From positions 160,001-224,000 of the forward strand of contig CBDCGL010000011.1 of the NCBI GenBank assembly GCA_965216755.1: a stretch of DNA of 64,000 nt, written 5' to 3'. This stretch comes from Alphaproteobacteria bacterium. Lineage in GTDB: Bacteria; Pseudomonadota; Alphaproteobacteria; UBA7887. The position numbers and the translations under genes were made by a program. Below the pieces are notes generated by a model. That model searched no databases. It saw nothing but the letters and a program-made list of their open reading frames with translations, and was not told the origin of the DNA. Below are positions 10,769 through 20,769 of this stretch, piece after piece. Within the stretch, counting starts at the first letter, position 1; the number at the start of each line of letters is the position of its first letter.

Positions 10769-12032
10769 TAATTAACCTCCATTATCCAAACGGATTCGCC
10801 GAACTGCCTGTCTTGTGTCACCGGCGATAGCTTGTTGGAGCCGGCAAGCCGCAAGCCTTTGTTGGACAGAATTGCTTGCCGAAAACGAGATGATATCATG
10901 TTCACATGCATTCGCGTGATATGCCCTATCTACTTGGTATCGACGAACTTAACTTCGTTCAAACGACTCCAAATGAGCGAAGATCGATCAGGCGCGAGAT
11001 TTCTATCACATTGTAATTTCACGGACATAGCTTAACCCCCAGAGCCGTTCCGTAACGCTACCTTGAAGGACTGTGGCAAAATTAGCGCCGTCGCGCGGCG
11101 TCCAATCGATCCAGGCGTCCAGCCAAGCGCTGGCCTCTTGGGCGCCGACCGTAAGCGGGCGGTTGAGCGGAAAACCTTGGATCAGCGTCGGCGAGCCCTC
11201 GTCTCCACGCGTCGCGTCGTCAGCAACTGCGCCGCCCATGCGCGCAGTTTGCATGGAACACGCTGCCGGCGCGTGTTGGTGCAGCTATGACCCGCGCCGT
11301 GATATCTCTCAAGCGTTTGGCGAATTTCAAATGATTGATGCAATCCGCGGATCATCGAAATTCCCCAGGCTGCCTCGAATTCTGATCCGACATCTCCTGA
11401 ATCGGGTTGGCGCGGAAAGTCTTTGAAATTCGGGCTCGAACAGGGTCACATTAGGCATAATTCTGGGGATAGACCGATGAGAACAAAAATATTGTTATCG
11501 GCGGCTTGCGGGTTGGTGTTGGGGGTGGGCGGCGCAATCGCTCAAGATACCGTGACCTTCGCGTCGTGGGGAGGCGCCTATCAGAAGGCGCAGCGGGAAG
11601 CGCTACTGACACCCGCGGAGGAATTGCTGAATGTGAAGGTTCTCGAAGACACCCTGACCGGCCTGGCAGAGGTGCGCGCGCAAGTAAGAGCCGGTGCGGT
11701 GACATGGGATATCGTCGATCTTGAAATCGATGCTTGTGTCCGCGCCGCGCAAGAGGGGCTACTTGAGCCGATCGACTATGACATCGTGTCGAACCACGGG
11801 TTCGAGGAAGCCGCTTTCGCCGAACACTGGATCGGCGTGATCTATTTCTCCACCGTGCTTGCCTATTCGACCGAAGCTTACGGCGACAACCCACCTCAAT
11901 CTTGGGCTGATTTCTGGGACGTCGAGCGCTTTCCGGGTGCGCGCTCGATGCAGAAGGATCCGAGCGCCAATGTTGAGATCGCGCTGCTCGCCGATGGCGT
12001 GCCGCTAGACCAAGTGTACCCAATCGACCTAG

Positions 12033-12864
12033 GGCTTGTTGAGATTCATCGAGAATTGATGACCGCGGCGCATGCGTGAATCATGGAACAAAAGTTACGA
12101 TCTGTCTTTTCGCAACGCATGGCGACCGCTTTGAATTCCTTGAGCTTCGCAAAGAAGTTTTCGATCAGGTGGCGCCACTTGTAGATCTCCAGATCAATCT
12201 TGAGAGGGGCCAACCTCTGGGGGCGTTGCGAAATGACGATCTGCGCCCCGCGTTCATTCATCTCTTCGATGATCCAGTTGGAATCGAATGCTTTATCGGC
12301 CAGCACTGCGTCGAATTCGATGTCTTCGATTAGCGGCGCAACACCGACCGTATCGTAACGGTTTCCCGCCAGCAGGACAAAGCGTACGAGATTTCCCAAG
12401 CCATCCGTCAGCGCAAGGATTTTGGTGGTCCAGCCTCCCTTCGACTTGCCGATGGCTTGATTTTGAGTCCCCCTTTTGCGCCGTGTCCGTGGCGGTGGAC
12501 CGGAACAATGGTGGCGTCGATCATGGCATATTCCATATCAGGGTCATCCGAGACCGCGGCAAAGAGGCGTTCGAAAACGCCCGCCTTCGACCAATCGTCA
12601 AACCGCTTGAATACCGTGTTCCACTTGCCGAATTCTTCAGGAAGATCGCGCCAAGGACTGCCCGTCCGCGCCTTCCACAAAACCCCTTCGACAAACAACC
12701 GGTTGTTATCACCACTGCGGCCCGGATCAGTCCGCTTGCCTAAGCAATGCGGCTCCATCTTGGCCCATTGATCGTCTGAAAGTACTGTACGCGTCATCAA
12801 AGCCCCCAAAAGGAAGCTTGAATCACAAATACAACACCATGGGAATCCTAATTCTCAACAAGCC
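12033..12864 (-). mobile_element. IS5-family element (IS427-like, ~832 bp) with CTAG/TA target duplication
   Basis: IRs GGCTTGTTGAGA at both ends, flanked by CTAG at 12029-12032 and 12865-12868. Confidence 0.93.
12046..12797 (-). CDS. IS5-family transposase in two ORFs joined by a probable programmed frameshift
   Basis: OrfA LSDDQW...RTGSPWRDLPEEFGKWNTVFKRF..W...MIDAT; OrfB ADKAFDS...YKWRHLIENFFAKLK; AAAAGGGGG slippery run at ~12469-12477. Confidence 0.88.
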
Positions 12865-13367
12865 CTAGACCGAGCGTTCATGAAACTGGACGAAATCAAG
12901 CCGTATGTGGACGTATGGTGGAGCTCGGGCGCCCAGTCCGCGCAGTTGATGAAAGACGGCGAGGTCGAAATGTCGACAATCTGGAACGGCCGTATGGACG
13001 CCGCCATGGCCGACGGGGCCGAGGGAGACTACACCTACAACGGCGGTATCGCTTCGTTGGACTGCTTGGCAATTCCTAAGGGGTCGCAGAACGTCGAGGT
13101 GGCAATGAAAGTTCTCGCTGCCCTAGTGTCTCCGGATCTACAGGCCAACATCCCCGCCCACATCAATTACGGTCCGACCAACAGCGGCGCGTTTGCGCTC
13201 GGCAAGATTACGGACCAAATGGCCTCTCGCAGCCCATCGGCACCGGAAAACCTGAAGAACCAGGTTATCGTCCAGGCCAACTGGTGGGCCGAGAATGGCG
13301 AGGTGCTGCAGGAGCGTTGGGACGCCTGGCTGATCGAGTGATCGACCTTGGTTAGGCCGTCGGTGCT

Positions 13368-14447
13368 ATGACCGACGCAAGATCGGTGCCGATCTCGATT
13401 TCGTCGGTCACCAAGAACTATCTGGAAGTGGTCGCGCTCGATTCAGTTGACTTGGACATCGAGAGTGGCGAGTTCACTACGTTGTTGGGGCCGTCCGGCT
13501 CCGGCAAGACGACGCTGCTGATGGTGCTCGCAGGTTTTACGCGTCCGACCTCGGGCACCGTCCGCATCGGCGGTGAGGACATCACCCGACTGCCGCCGCA
13601 CAAGCGCGATCTTGGGATGGTGTTCCAGAACTACGCGCTGTTCCCGCACATGACCGTCGGCGCGAACATCGCCTATCCGCTCAAAGTGCGAAAGACTGCC
13701 CGCGCCGAGATCGACGAGCGGGTGCGCGCGGTGCTCGACCTGGTCCAACTCGGACATGTCGCCGACCGTATGCCCAACGCTTTGTCCGGCGGCCAGCGTC
13801 AGCGCATCGCGCTCGCCCGCGCGATTGTTTTCGAGCCCCGGATTCTCTTGATGGACGAGCCGTTGTCAGCGCTCGACAAAAAGCTCCGCGAACACATGCA
13901 AATCGAGATCCGGCATCTGCACGAGCGGCTCGGTGTCACCACCGTTTATGTAACGCACGACCAGCGCGAGGCGCTGACCATGTCTGACCGCATCGCGGTG
14001 ATCAATGAGGGTCGAATCGTCCAGGTCGATACGCCGCAAAACCTTTACAGTCGGCCGCGCTCGTTGTTCGTCGCCGACTTCATCGGCGAGTCGACGGTGC
14101 TGCCGTTGAGCCGCGGCGATGATGCGTTGATGCTCGGAGACCAAGCCATCAAGACCGATCATCCGCTGCCGCGCGGTGAAAGCTTTTTGATCGCCAGGCC
14201 GGAAAAATTGGAGTTCGTCGACGGCGCCGCCGCGCCCGATCTCAACTTGCTCAAAGGCGTGTTGGAGGAGAAGATTTTTCAAGGCGAGGCCTTGTTAATC
14301 CGCGTGAAGCTGGACGACGGGACAATGGTCACTTCGCGCCGAGCCACCCGTCGCGAAGAGATCGAGGCCGTACCCGATATCGGCGCCGCGGTCACGTTAG
14401 GCCTGCGCGCCAGCGACACAATTATTGTTTCGCGCGACGTAGCGTGA
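13368..14447 (+). CDS. ABC transporter ATP-binding protein (PotA-like)
   Basis: GPSGSGKTT, VFQNYALFPH, LSGGQRQR, LLMDEPLSALD, C-terminal TOBE-like region. Confidence 0.93.
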   Translation: MTDARSVPISISSVTKNYLEVVALDSVDLDIESGEFTTLLGPSGSGKTTLLMVLAGFTRPTSGTVRIGGEDITRLPPHKRDLGMVFQNYALFPHMTVGANIAYPLKVRKTARAEIDERVRAVLDLVQLGHVADRMPNALSGGQRQRIALARAIVFEPRILLMDEPLSALDKKLREHMQIEIRHLHERLGVTTVYVTHDQREALTMSDRIAVINEGRIVQVDTPQNLYSRPRSLFVADFIGESTVLPLSRGDDALMLGDQAIKTDHPLPRGESFLIARPEKLEFVDGAAAPDLNLLKGVLEEKIFQGEALLIRVKLDDGTMVTSRRATRREEIEAVPDIGAAVTLGLRASDTIIVSRDVA

Positions 14448-14450
14448 CCG

Positions 14451-15317
14451 ATGGACAACGCCAAGGCACTTGCCGCGGACGCAAGCGGCGAACGGCGCCG
14501 GATTCTGGGCCTGTCCGCGCCGGCCACGTCCATCATAACGGTGATCGTGTTCTTGCCCACCTTGTGGCTGTTCGGCCTCTCGTTCGTAGAAGGTGAAGCC
14601 TTCAGCTTGGCGCACTACCAGCGCATGATCGACAGCACGGCATACTTCAAAATCTTTCGTCAAACTTTCGAGATCAGTATCGTCGTCACGGCTCTGGCAT
14701 TGTTGCTTGGCTACCCGCTGGCCTACTTGATGTCACAACTGCCGCGAGCCGCCGCAAATCTGTGCCTGGTGTTGGTTTTCATCCCGTTCTGGACGTCGCT
14801 GCTGGTGCGCACCTATGCATGGCTGGTGCTGCTGCAGCGCAAAGGATTGATCAATTCGTGGCTGCTCGACCTTGGCCTAATCGATACCCCGGTTAGACTG
14901 GTGCACAACTACACCGGAACAGTGATCGGTATGCTGCATATCATGCTGCCGTTCCTGATCTTGCCGACCTATAACGCGCTCAAGAGCATCGATCGGACTT
15001 ATCTGTTGGCGGCGGCGAATTTGGGCGCCACGCCGGTGCGCGCTTTTTGGACCGTGTTTTTCCCGCTTTCGATGCCTGGTGTCATCGCCGGGTCGCTTCT
15101 CGTGTTCATCCTCTGCCTCGGTTTCTACGTCACGCCGGCCTTGCTTGGCGGTGGCAAGGTGACCATGGTGTCTATGCAAATTCAGCAGAATGCGGGCCTC
15201 TATTTCGATTGGGGTGCGGCCAGCGCGCTCGGTGTTGTTCTGCTGGCGGTAACGGTCTTGTTGTTCCTGGTGATCGGCCGCACGCTGCCGATCGACCGAC
15301 TGATGGGCGGGCGCTGA
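14451..15317 (+). CDS. ABC transporter permease (PotB-like)
   Basis: LGYPLAY, PFWTSLLVRTYAW, EAA-like AAANLGA, GFYVTPALLGG. Confidence 0.92.
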   Translation: MDNAKALAADASGERRRILGLSAPATSIITVIVFLPTLWLFGLSFVEGEAFSLAHYQRMIDSTAYFKIFRQTFEISIVVTALALLLGYPLAYLMSQLPRAAANLCLVLVFIPFWTSLLVRTYAWLVLLQRKGLINSWLLDLGLIDTPVRLVHNYTGTVIGMLHIMLPFLILPTYNALKSIDRTYLLAAANLGATPVRAFWTVFFPLSMPGVIAGSLLVFILCLGFYVTPALLGGGKVTMVSMQIQQNAGLYFDWGAASALGVVLLAVTVLLFLVIGRTLPIDRLMGGR

Positions 15318-15318
15318 C

Positions 15319-16122
15319 ATGCTGCGCGGCCCCGCGTCCGATACACAGATCACCCATTTCGGGCGGCTTTGGCTGTATGTTTTCGGCGTGCTCGCGCTGC
15401 TGTTCTTGCTTGGGCCGATTTTCATCGTCATTCCCATGTCGTTCTCCGACTCGAGCTATTTGCAGTTTCCGCCAGAAACCTGGTCGTTGCGCTGGTACGA
15501 TGAATTCTTTGGGTCCGACGAATGGTTGCTCGCGACCTGGATCAGCCTGCGCGCCGCGTTTCTCACCATGCTGGTCTCGACGCCGCTCGGGATTGCTGCG
15601 GCCTATGGTCTGCACTTTTCGGGCAGCCGGTGGGCAGCGGTCATGCGCCTGGCGCTGATCACACCGCTGATCATTCCCATCATCATCCTCGCGGTCGGCG
15701 CGTTTTATTTGTACGTCAACATAGGTTTGATCAACACCACGCTCGGATTGGTGCTCGCACACTCAGTACTGGCGATGCCGTTCGTATTGGTGACGGTGAA
15801 CGTCGGCTTTCAGCAGTTCGACACCCATCAAGAGATGGTCGCGCGCAGCCTTGGCGCATCAAGACTGCAGGCGTTCTTAACCGTCACGTTGCCGCAAATC
15901 CGCAATTCGGTGATCGCCGGCGCGCTGTTCGCCTTCATCGTGTCGTTCGACGAAGTGGTGATCGCCTTGTTCATCTCAAGCGGACCGAAATCAACGATCA
16001 CCCGGCGCATGTTCACGAGTTTGCGCGACCAGGTCGACCCGACCATCGCCGCAATCTCCACCATGCTTATCATTGCGTCGGTGATCCTGCTCGGCAGCGC
16101 GGCGCTGCTTCAGCGCAAATAA
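15319..16122 (+). CDS. ABC transporter permease (PotC-like)
   Basis: SFS...FPP..WSLRWY, ARSLGAS, SFDEVVIALF, DPTIAAIS. Confidence 0.92.
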   Translation: MLRGPASDTQITHFGRLWLYVFGVLALLFLLGPIFIVIPMSFSDSSYLQFPPETWSLRWYDEFFGSDEWLLATWISLRAAFLTMLVSTPLGIAAAYGLHFSGSRWAAVMRLALITPLIIPIIILAVGAFYLYVNIGLINTTLGLVLAHSVLAMPFVLVTVNVGFQQFDTHQEMVARSLGASRLQAFLTVTLPQIRNSVIAGALFAFIVSFDEVVIALFISSGPKSTITRRMFTSLRDQVDPTIAAISTMLIIASVILLGSAALLQRK

Positions 16123-16141
16123 AACGAGCGACAGCCTGATT

Positions 16142-18574
16142 TTATGCCTTCAGGCGCTTATTCTCCGGATCGAACGGCGAGGGTTCGATGACCGTCGCAT
16201 GTTGGCGCGTGCCAAGAATATCAATTTCGAATCGCGTCCCGATCGCGGCATAGTCTGGCCGTACCATGCCTAGCGCCAGGCTCTTGCCAACGCGCCAGCC
16301 ATAGCCGCCGCTGGTCGCGCGGCCAATCAAAGCCCCTTTGGCGTAGAGCGGCTCGCTGCCCCGAGCGTCGGCATCAGTCACGCCTTCGACCTCTAGTGTG
16401 ACGAAGCGGTTGGCGAAACCTTTCCCGGCCCAGGTGCGCAACGCGTCGCGGCCGACGAAATCGCCCTTTTCAAAGTCGACGAAACGGTCGAGGCCGGATT
16501 CGAGTGCGGCATACTCGATCGATAATTCGCTGCCCCAGGCGAAATAGGATTTTTCCAGCCGCATCGAATCCATTGCGCGCATGCCGAAAGGCTTGATGCC
16601 GAATTCCTCGCCCGCAGCCATCAGCATGTCGAAAATCGCGTTCTGCATGGACATCGGATGGTGCAACTCCCACCCGAGCTCGCCAACATAGCTGACGCGC
16701 GCCACCCGTGCCCGCGCCGCGCCGAAATCGAGGAAGCGTTCGCTCATCCAGGGAAACGCCGCGCTCGATAAATCGGCGTCGGTCAACTTGGCCAAGACCG
16801 CGCGCGAATTCGGCCCGGCCAGCACCAAAACGCCCATGGATTCGGTCAGGCTTTCGAGGCGAACACGACCGTCTGCCGGCAAGGCCTTTTCCAGCGAGTC
16901 CAAGTCGTGGCGCTCACCACCGGCGGCCGAGACCAGATAGAACGCGTTCGACCCGTCACGCATTATCGTGAATTCCGACTGCACGCCGCCACTGGCCGAC
17001 AGGATATGCGCGAGCCTGACACGGCCGGGACCGGGCAAGCGGTTAGCGACCAAGCCGTCCAGCCAGGCTTCGGCACCGGCACCGCTGACTCGGGTCTTGG
17101 CGAAGGCGGTCAGATCGAGCACGCCCACGGTCTTGTGTACATTGCGGCACTCGGCGCCGACCGCGGCAAAGTCGTTGCTGCGCCGGAAGCTCAAGACATC
17201 GCGTGCTGCTGCGCCTTCCGGCGCGAACCAATTGGGTCGCTCCCACCCGTTCTTTTGACCGAAAACCGCGCCTAACGCTCTCATCCGACCATAGCACGGC
17301 GCCGTCTTCAATGGTCGCGCGGCAGGCTTTTCTTCATTCGGATAGGGGACCGCGTAAAGATCCGCATGCGCTTCGTGGTTCTTGAGTTTTAGGTAGCCAG
17401 GCGTCGCATAGGCACCGAAGCGTCTTGGGTCGACGCCAAGCATGTCGATCGAGGGTTCGCCCTCAACGATCCATTCCGCCAATTGCCAGCCGGCGCCGCC
17501 GGCGGCGGTGATGCCGAAGCTATGTCCTTCATTGAGCCAGAAATTGCGTAAGCCCCAAGCCGGCCCAATAATCGGGTTTGCGTCGGGCGTATAGGCGATC
17601 GGGCCGTTGATGACCCGCTTTATCCCCACCTCGGCGAAAGCCGGCACACGCGCGATCGCCGCTTCGATATGCGGCTCCAGTCGATCCAGATTGGGCTGAA
17701 ACAGATCGTTCTCCCAAGTCTCGGGCGGCCCGTGCTCGAAACAGATCGGCGCGTTCTCCTCGTAGATGCCAAGGACGAGGCCGCCGCGCTCTTCGCGCAT
17801 ATAATAGGATGCGTCGGGATCGCGAAAGACCGGCATCTCGGGCAAGCCAGCATCGTGTCGCGCCACAATATCTTGGTGCGGCTCCGTGATCAGATACTGA
17901 TGCTCGGCCGGCAGCACCGGCACATCGAGTCCGACCATCGCGCCGGTCTGGCGGGCGTGGGCGCCACTGGCGCTCACCACGTGCTCGCAGATGACGTCGC
18001 CCTGGTCAGTGTGGACCCGCCATTCACCGCTTGGCACCGCTTCGATGCGGACGACCTTGGTACCGCGATGGATTTCCGCGCCACCGTCGCGTGCGCCCTT
18101 GGCCAGGGCCTGAGAGAGATCGGCGGGCTGGATGTAGCCGTCGGCGGCATGGCGGATCGCGCCGATGATGCCGTCGCTTCGGGCAATTGGCCAGAGTTCG
18201 GTGAATTCGTCGGGCGTCAAAAACTCGGCTTCGACCCCGATGGTCGCCGCGATTCCAGCATAGCGCCGAAACTCGTCCATGCGATCGCGCGTTGTGGCGA
18301 GGCGTACATTTCCGACCTGGCGGAAACCGGTGTCCTGGCCGGTCTCGGCCGCCAGCGTCTTGTAGAGCGCGATGGAATACTTGTGTATCTGGCCGGCGCT
18401 GTAGCTCAGATTGTACAGCGGCAACAGGCCGGCAGCATGCCAGGTCGAACCCGAAGTCAGTTCCTTGCGCTCGCACAGCACGACATCTGACCAGCCTTTC
18501 TTGACCAAATGATAAAGCGTGCTGACGCCGACCACGCCACCGCCAATGACCACTACACGTGCATGCGTCCTCAT
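16142..18574 (-). CDS. GcvT-family FAD-dependent oxidoreductase (dimethylglycine dehydrogenase-like)
   Basis: GGGVVG, GSTWHAAGL, NGPIAYTPD, GWERPNWF, RVSYVGELGWELH, SMRLEKSY. Confidence 0.9.
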   Translation of the reverse strand: MRTHARVVVIGGGVVGVSTLYHLVKKGWSDVVLCERKELTSGSTWHAAGLLPLYNLSYSAGQIHKYSIALYKTLAAETGQDTGFRQVGNVRLATTRDRMDEFRRYAGIAATIGVEAEFLTPDEFTELWPIARSDGIIGAIRHAADGYIQPADLSQALAKGARDGGAEIHRGTKVVRIEAVPSGEWRVHTDQGDVICEHVVSASGAHARQTGAMVGLDVPVLPAEHQYLITEPHQDIVARHDAGLPEMPVFRDPDASYYMREERGGLVLGIYEENAPICFEHGPPETWENDLFQPNLDRLEPHIEAAIARVPAFAEVGIKRVINGPIAYTPDANPIIGPAWGLRNFWLNEGHSFGITAAGGAGWQLAEWIVEGEPSIDMLGVDPRRFGAYATPGYLKLKNHEAHADLYAVPYPNEEKPAARPLKTAPCYGRMRALGAVFGQKNGWERPNWFAPEGAAARDVLSFRRSNDFAAVGAECRNVHKTVGVLDLTAFAKTRVSGAGAEAWLDGLVANRLPGPGRVRLAHILSASGGVQSEFTIMRDGSNAFYLVSAAGGERHDLDSLEKALPADGRVRLESLTESMGVLVLAGPNSRAVLAKLTDADLSSAAFPWMSERFLDFGAARARVARVSYVGELGWELHHPMSMQNAIFDMLMAAGEEFGIKPFGMRAMDSMRLEKSYFAWGSELSIEYAALESGLDRFVDFEKGDFVGRDALRTWAGKGFANRFVTLEVEGVTDADARGSEPLYAKGALIGRATSGGYGWRVGKSLALGMVRPDYAAIGTRFEIDILGTRQHATVIEPSPFDPENKRLKA

Positions 18575-18821
18575 GCCTGCTTCCCCCACCGGGCGACTAT
18601 TTTCAGCGCGGCCAAGCCTTTTCGCTGAGCGACCGTATCACCGATCGGAAATGGATCGGAAAACAGTCAGCATCGCAATTGCACCGTGACGACCGTGCCC
18701 CAAGATGCAGCAGAGGCCAGTAAACAAGAGACCACATATGCCGTTGCAAGACCACAGTGCTGCCGGTGCCGACCACTCAAAATTGAGACATGAGGTCTAA
18801 GAGGCACCAACCATCGCTTGC

Positions 18822-19330
18822 GAGTTCGGATCGCTTCATACCCGCCACCTCGCCGCCGAGTTGACCGGTAACGAGTAGCAACTTGAAGAGTAACCCGTAA
18901 GGTAGCCTTCGGTATCGTACGCCGCCCAAAGGACCTTTATCTTGTCATCGTCAAGTACACGGTGGCGCGGAGTCCCGACTTCTGCCGTAATCCTGACGGC
19001 GGGGGCCGCATCCAGGATGTCTTGTAAAAGGGCCCAAGCGAAAATCTGTTTGACTAACGACAGCACGCGATTAGCAGCAACAGGTGATTTACGTGCTTTC
19101 TCACGGATCAGCTCTCGAACGTTGGGGCGGACAATGGTCGCTATCGGCAGAGTGCTCCATCGCGGCAGTAGGTCGCGCCTGATCTTGCGTTCCAGCTCCC
19201 TCCAAGACCTTGCGCCCGCCTTTCTTGCATGGTCCTCGATGAAGTCGATGGCAACGGCCCCAAACGTGTTGCGTCGGGCACGTTCGGTCTTGCGTTGCTG
19301 CTGACGCTCTCGTGCACGGGAGTCGATAAC
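18822..19330 (-). pseudogene. Tyrosine-recombinase (P4-like phage integrase) remnant
   Basis: TFGAVAIDFI...SPVAANRVLSLVKQIFAWA...RHRVLDDDKI, then a frameshift into YGLLFKLLLVTGQLGGEVAGMKRSEL (box I with catalytic Arg replaced by Leu); both ends missing. Confidence 0.8.
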
Positions 19331-19439
19331 CAACGTACGGTCCGCTGGGCCTGATGCCGCGACATTTGCGCTTGTCCGCAATTCCTCGACCGGGGAATAT
19401 GTTCGCCCAACTGATCTGACGGTGAAGAGCGAGGGAATC

Positions 19440-20645
19440 ATGGCAGAGGCGTTCATTTGCGATGCGGTTCGCACCCCGATCGGACGCTATGCTGGTGCGT
19501 TATCGTCGGTGCGCACAGACGACCTTGGCGCCATCCCGATTAAGGCCTTGATGGCGCGCAACCCCAATGTCGATTGGGATCAAACCGACGATGTGCTTTA
19601 CGGCTGCGCCAATCAGGCCGGCGAAGACAATCGCAATGTTGCGCGTATGGCCCTGTTGCTGGCCGGTTTGCCGCATGCAGTACCAGGGGCGACGATCAAT
19701 CGGCTGTGTGGGTCGGGGCTAGATGCCGTTGGTACCGCGGCCCGGGCCATCAGGTCTGGCGACGCGGAAATGATGATCGCCGGGGGCGTCGAAAGCATGT
19801 CGCGTGCGCCGTTTGTCATGGGCAAAGCAGAATCCGCCTTTTCACGCAGCGCAGAAATCTACGACACGACTATCGGTTGGCGTTTTGTCAACCCCATGAT
19901 GCGTCAGCAATACGGCATCGACTCCATGCCTGAGACCGCGGAAAACGTCGCTGAAGATTTTGGTGTGTCGCGGCCAGATCAAGACGCTTTTGCGCTGCGC
20001 AGCCAGCTGCGGGCAGCCGATGCGCAGAAGTCGGGGCAATTGGCCGACGAGATCGTGCCGGTCGAGGTGCCCCAACGAAAAGGCCCGCCCCTGGTCGTTG
20101 ATGCAGACGAGCATCCGCGTGGCAACACCGCCCTTGAAAAACTTGCCAAGCTGCCGACACCATTCCGCGAAGGCGGCACGGTCACGGCTGGCAATGCTTC
20201 GGGTGTCAATGATGGCGCCTGTGCCTTGGTAATTGCCTCCGAGGCTGCGACAAAGCGCCATGGGTTGGAACCGAAGGCCCGGGTTGTTGGAATGGCGACG
20301 GCAGGAGTGGCGCCGCGGATTATGGGTTTTGGACCTGCGCCGGCGACGAAGAAACTGCTCCAAAAAACGAGCGTGACGCTGGACGATGTCGATGTGATCG
20401 AGCTCAACGAAGCTTTCGCCGCGCAGGCCTTGGCTGTGACCCGCGATCTTGGTCTCGCCGACGATGCACAGCACGTCAATCCCAATGGTGGCGCGATCGC
20501 GTTCGGCCATCCGCTGGGCATGAGTGGCGCGCGCCTGGCCACCACGGCGACTTACCAACTCCGGCGCACCCAGGGCCGCTACGCGCTTTGCACCATGTGC
20601 ATTGGGGTCGGCCAAGGCATTGCCGCGTTGTTAGAACGGGTTTGA
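19440..20645 (+). CDS. pcaF: 3-oxoadipyl-CoA thiolase (PcaF/PaaJ type)
   Basis: GCANQAGEDNRNVARM, NRLCGSG, DTTIGWRFVNP, GHPLGMSG, CIGVGQG. Confidence 0.88.
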   Translation: MAEAFICDAVRTPIGRYAGALSSVRTDDLGAIPIKALMARNPNVDWDQTDDVLYGCANQAGEDNRNVARMALLLAGLPHAVPGATINRLCGSGLDAVGTAARAIRSGDAEMMIAGGVESMSRAPFVMGKAESAFSRSAEIYDTTIGWRFVNPMMRQQYGIDSMPETAENVAEDFGVSRPDQDAFALRSQLRAADAQKSGQLADEIVPVEVPQRKGPPLVVDADEHPRGNTALEKLAKLPTPFREGGTVTAGNASGVNDGACALVIASEAATKRHGLEPKARVVGMATAGVAPRIMGFGPAPATKKLLQKTSVTLDDVDVIELNEAFAAQALAVTRDLGLADDAQHVNPNGGAIAFGHPLGMSGARLATTATYQLRRTQGRYALCTMCIGVGQGIAALLERV

Positions 20646-20769
20646 CCTGCCAGACCTCATTCCCAGCATGGAATTACCATGGGGCTACGCCTGATACTTG
20701 CTGGCAACAGGCGACATGTTACGGGGTAAATGGCAGCTTTGAAAATGATCCCCAAGTCCGAAAGCATCT

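Larger units (their letters stand above)
11477..13341 (+). pseudogene. Polyamine/PotD-like ABC substrate-binding protein interrupted by IS5
   Basis: Signal peptide, SWGGAYQKAQ, PQSWADFWDVERFPG. Removing 12033-12868 restores ...YPIDLDRAFMKLDEIKP... as a 342-aa ORF. Confidence 0.92.

Noticed and set aside
19331-19474. N-terminal part of ORF 18836..19474
   Set aside because: Overlaps the pcaF start on the opposite strand and lacks integrase character; only the internal part is an integrase relic.
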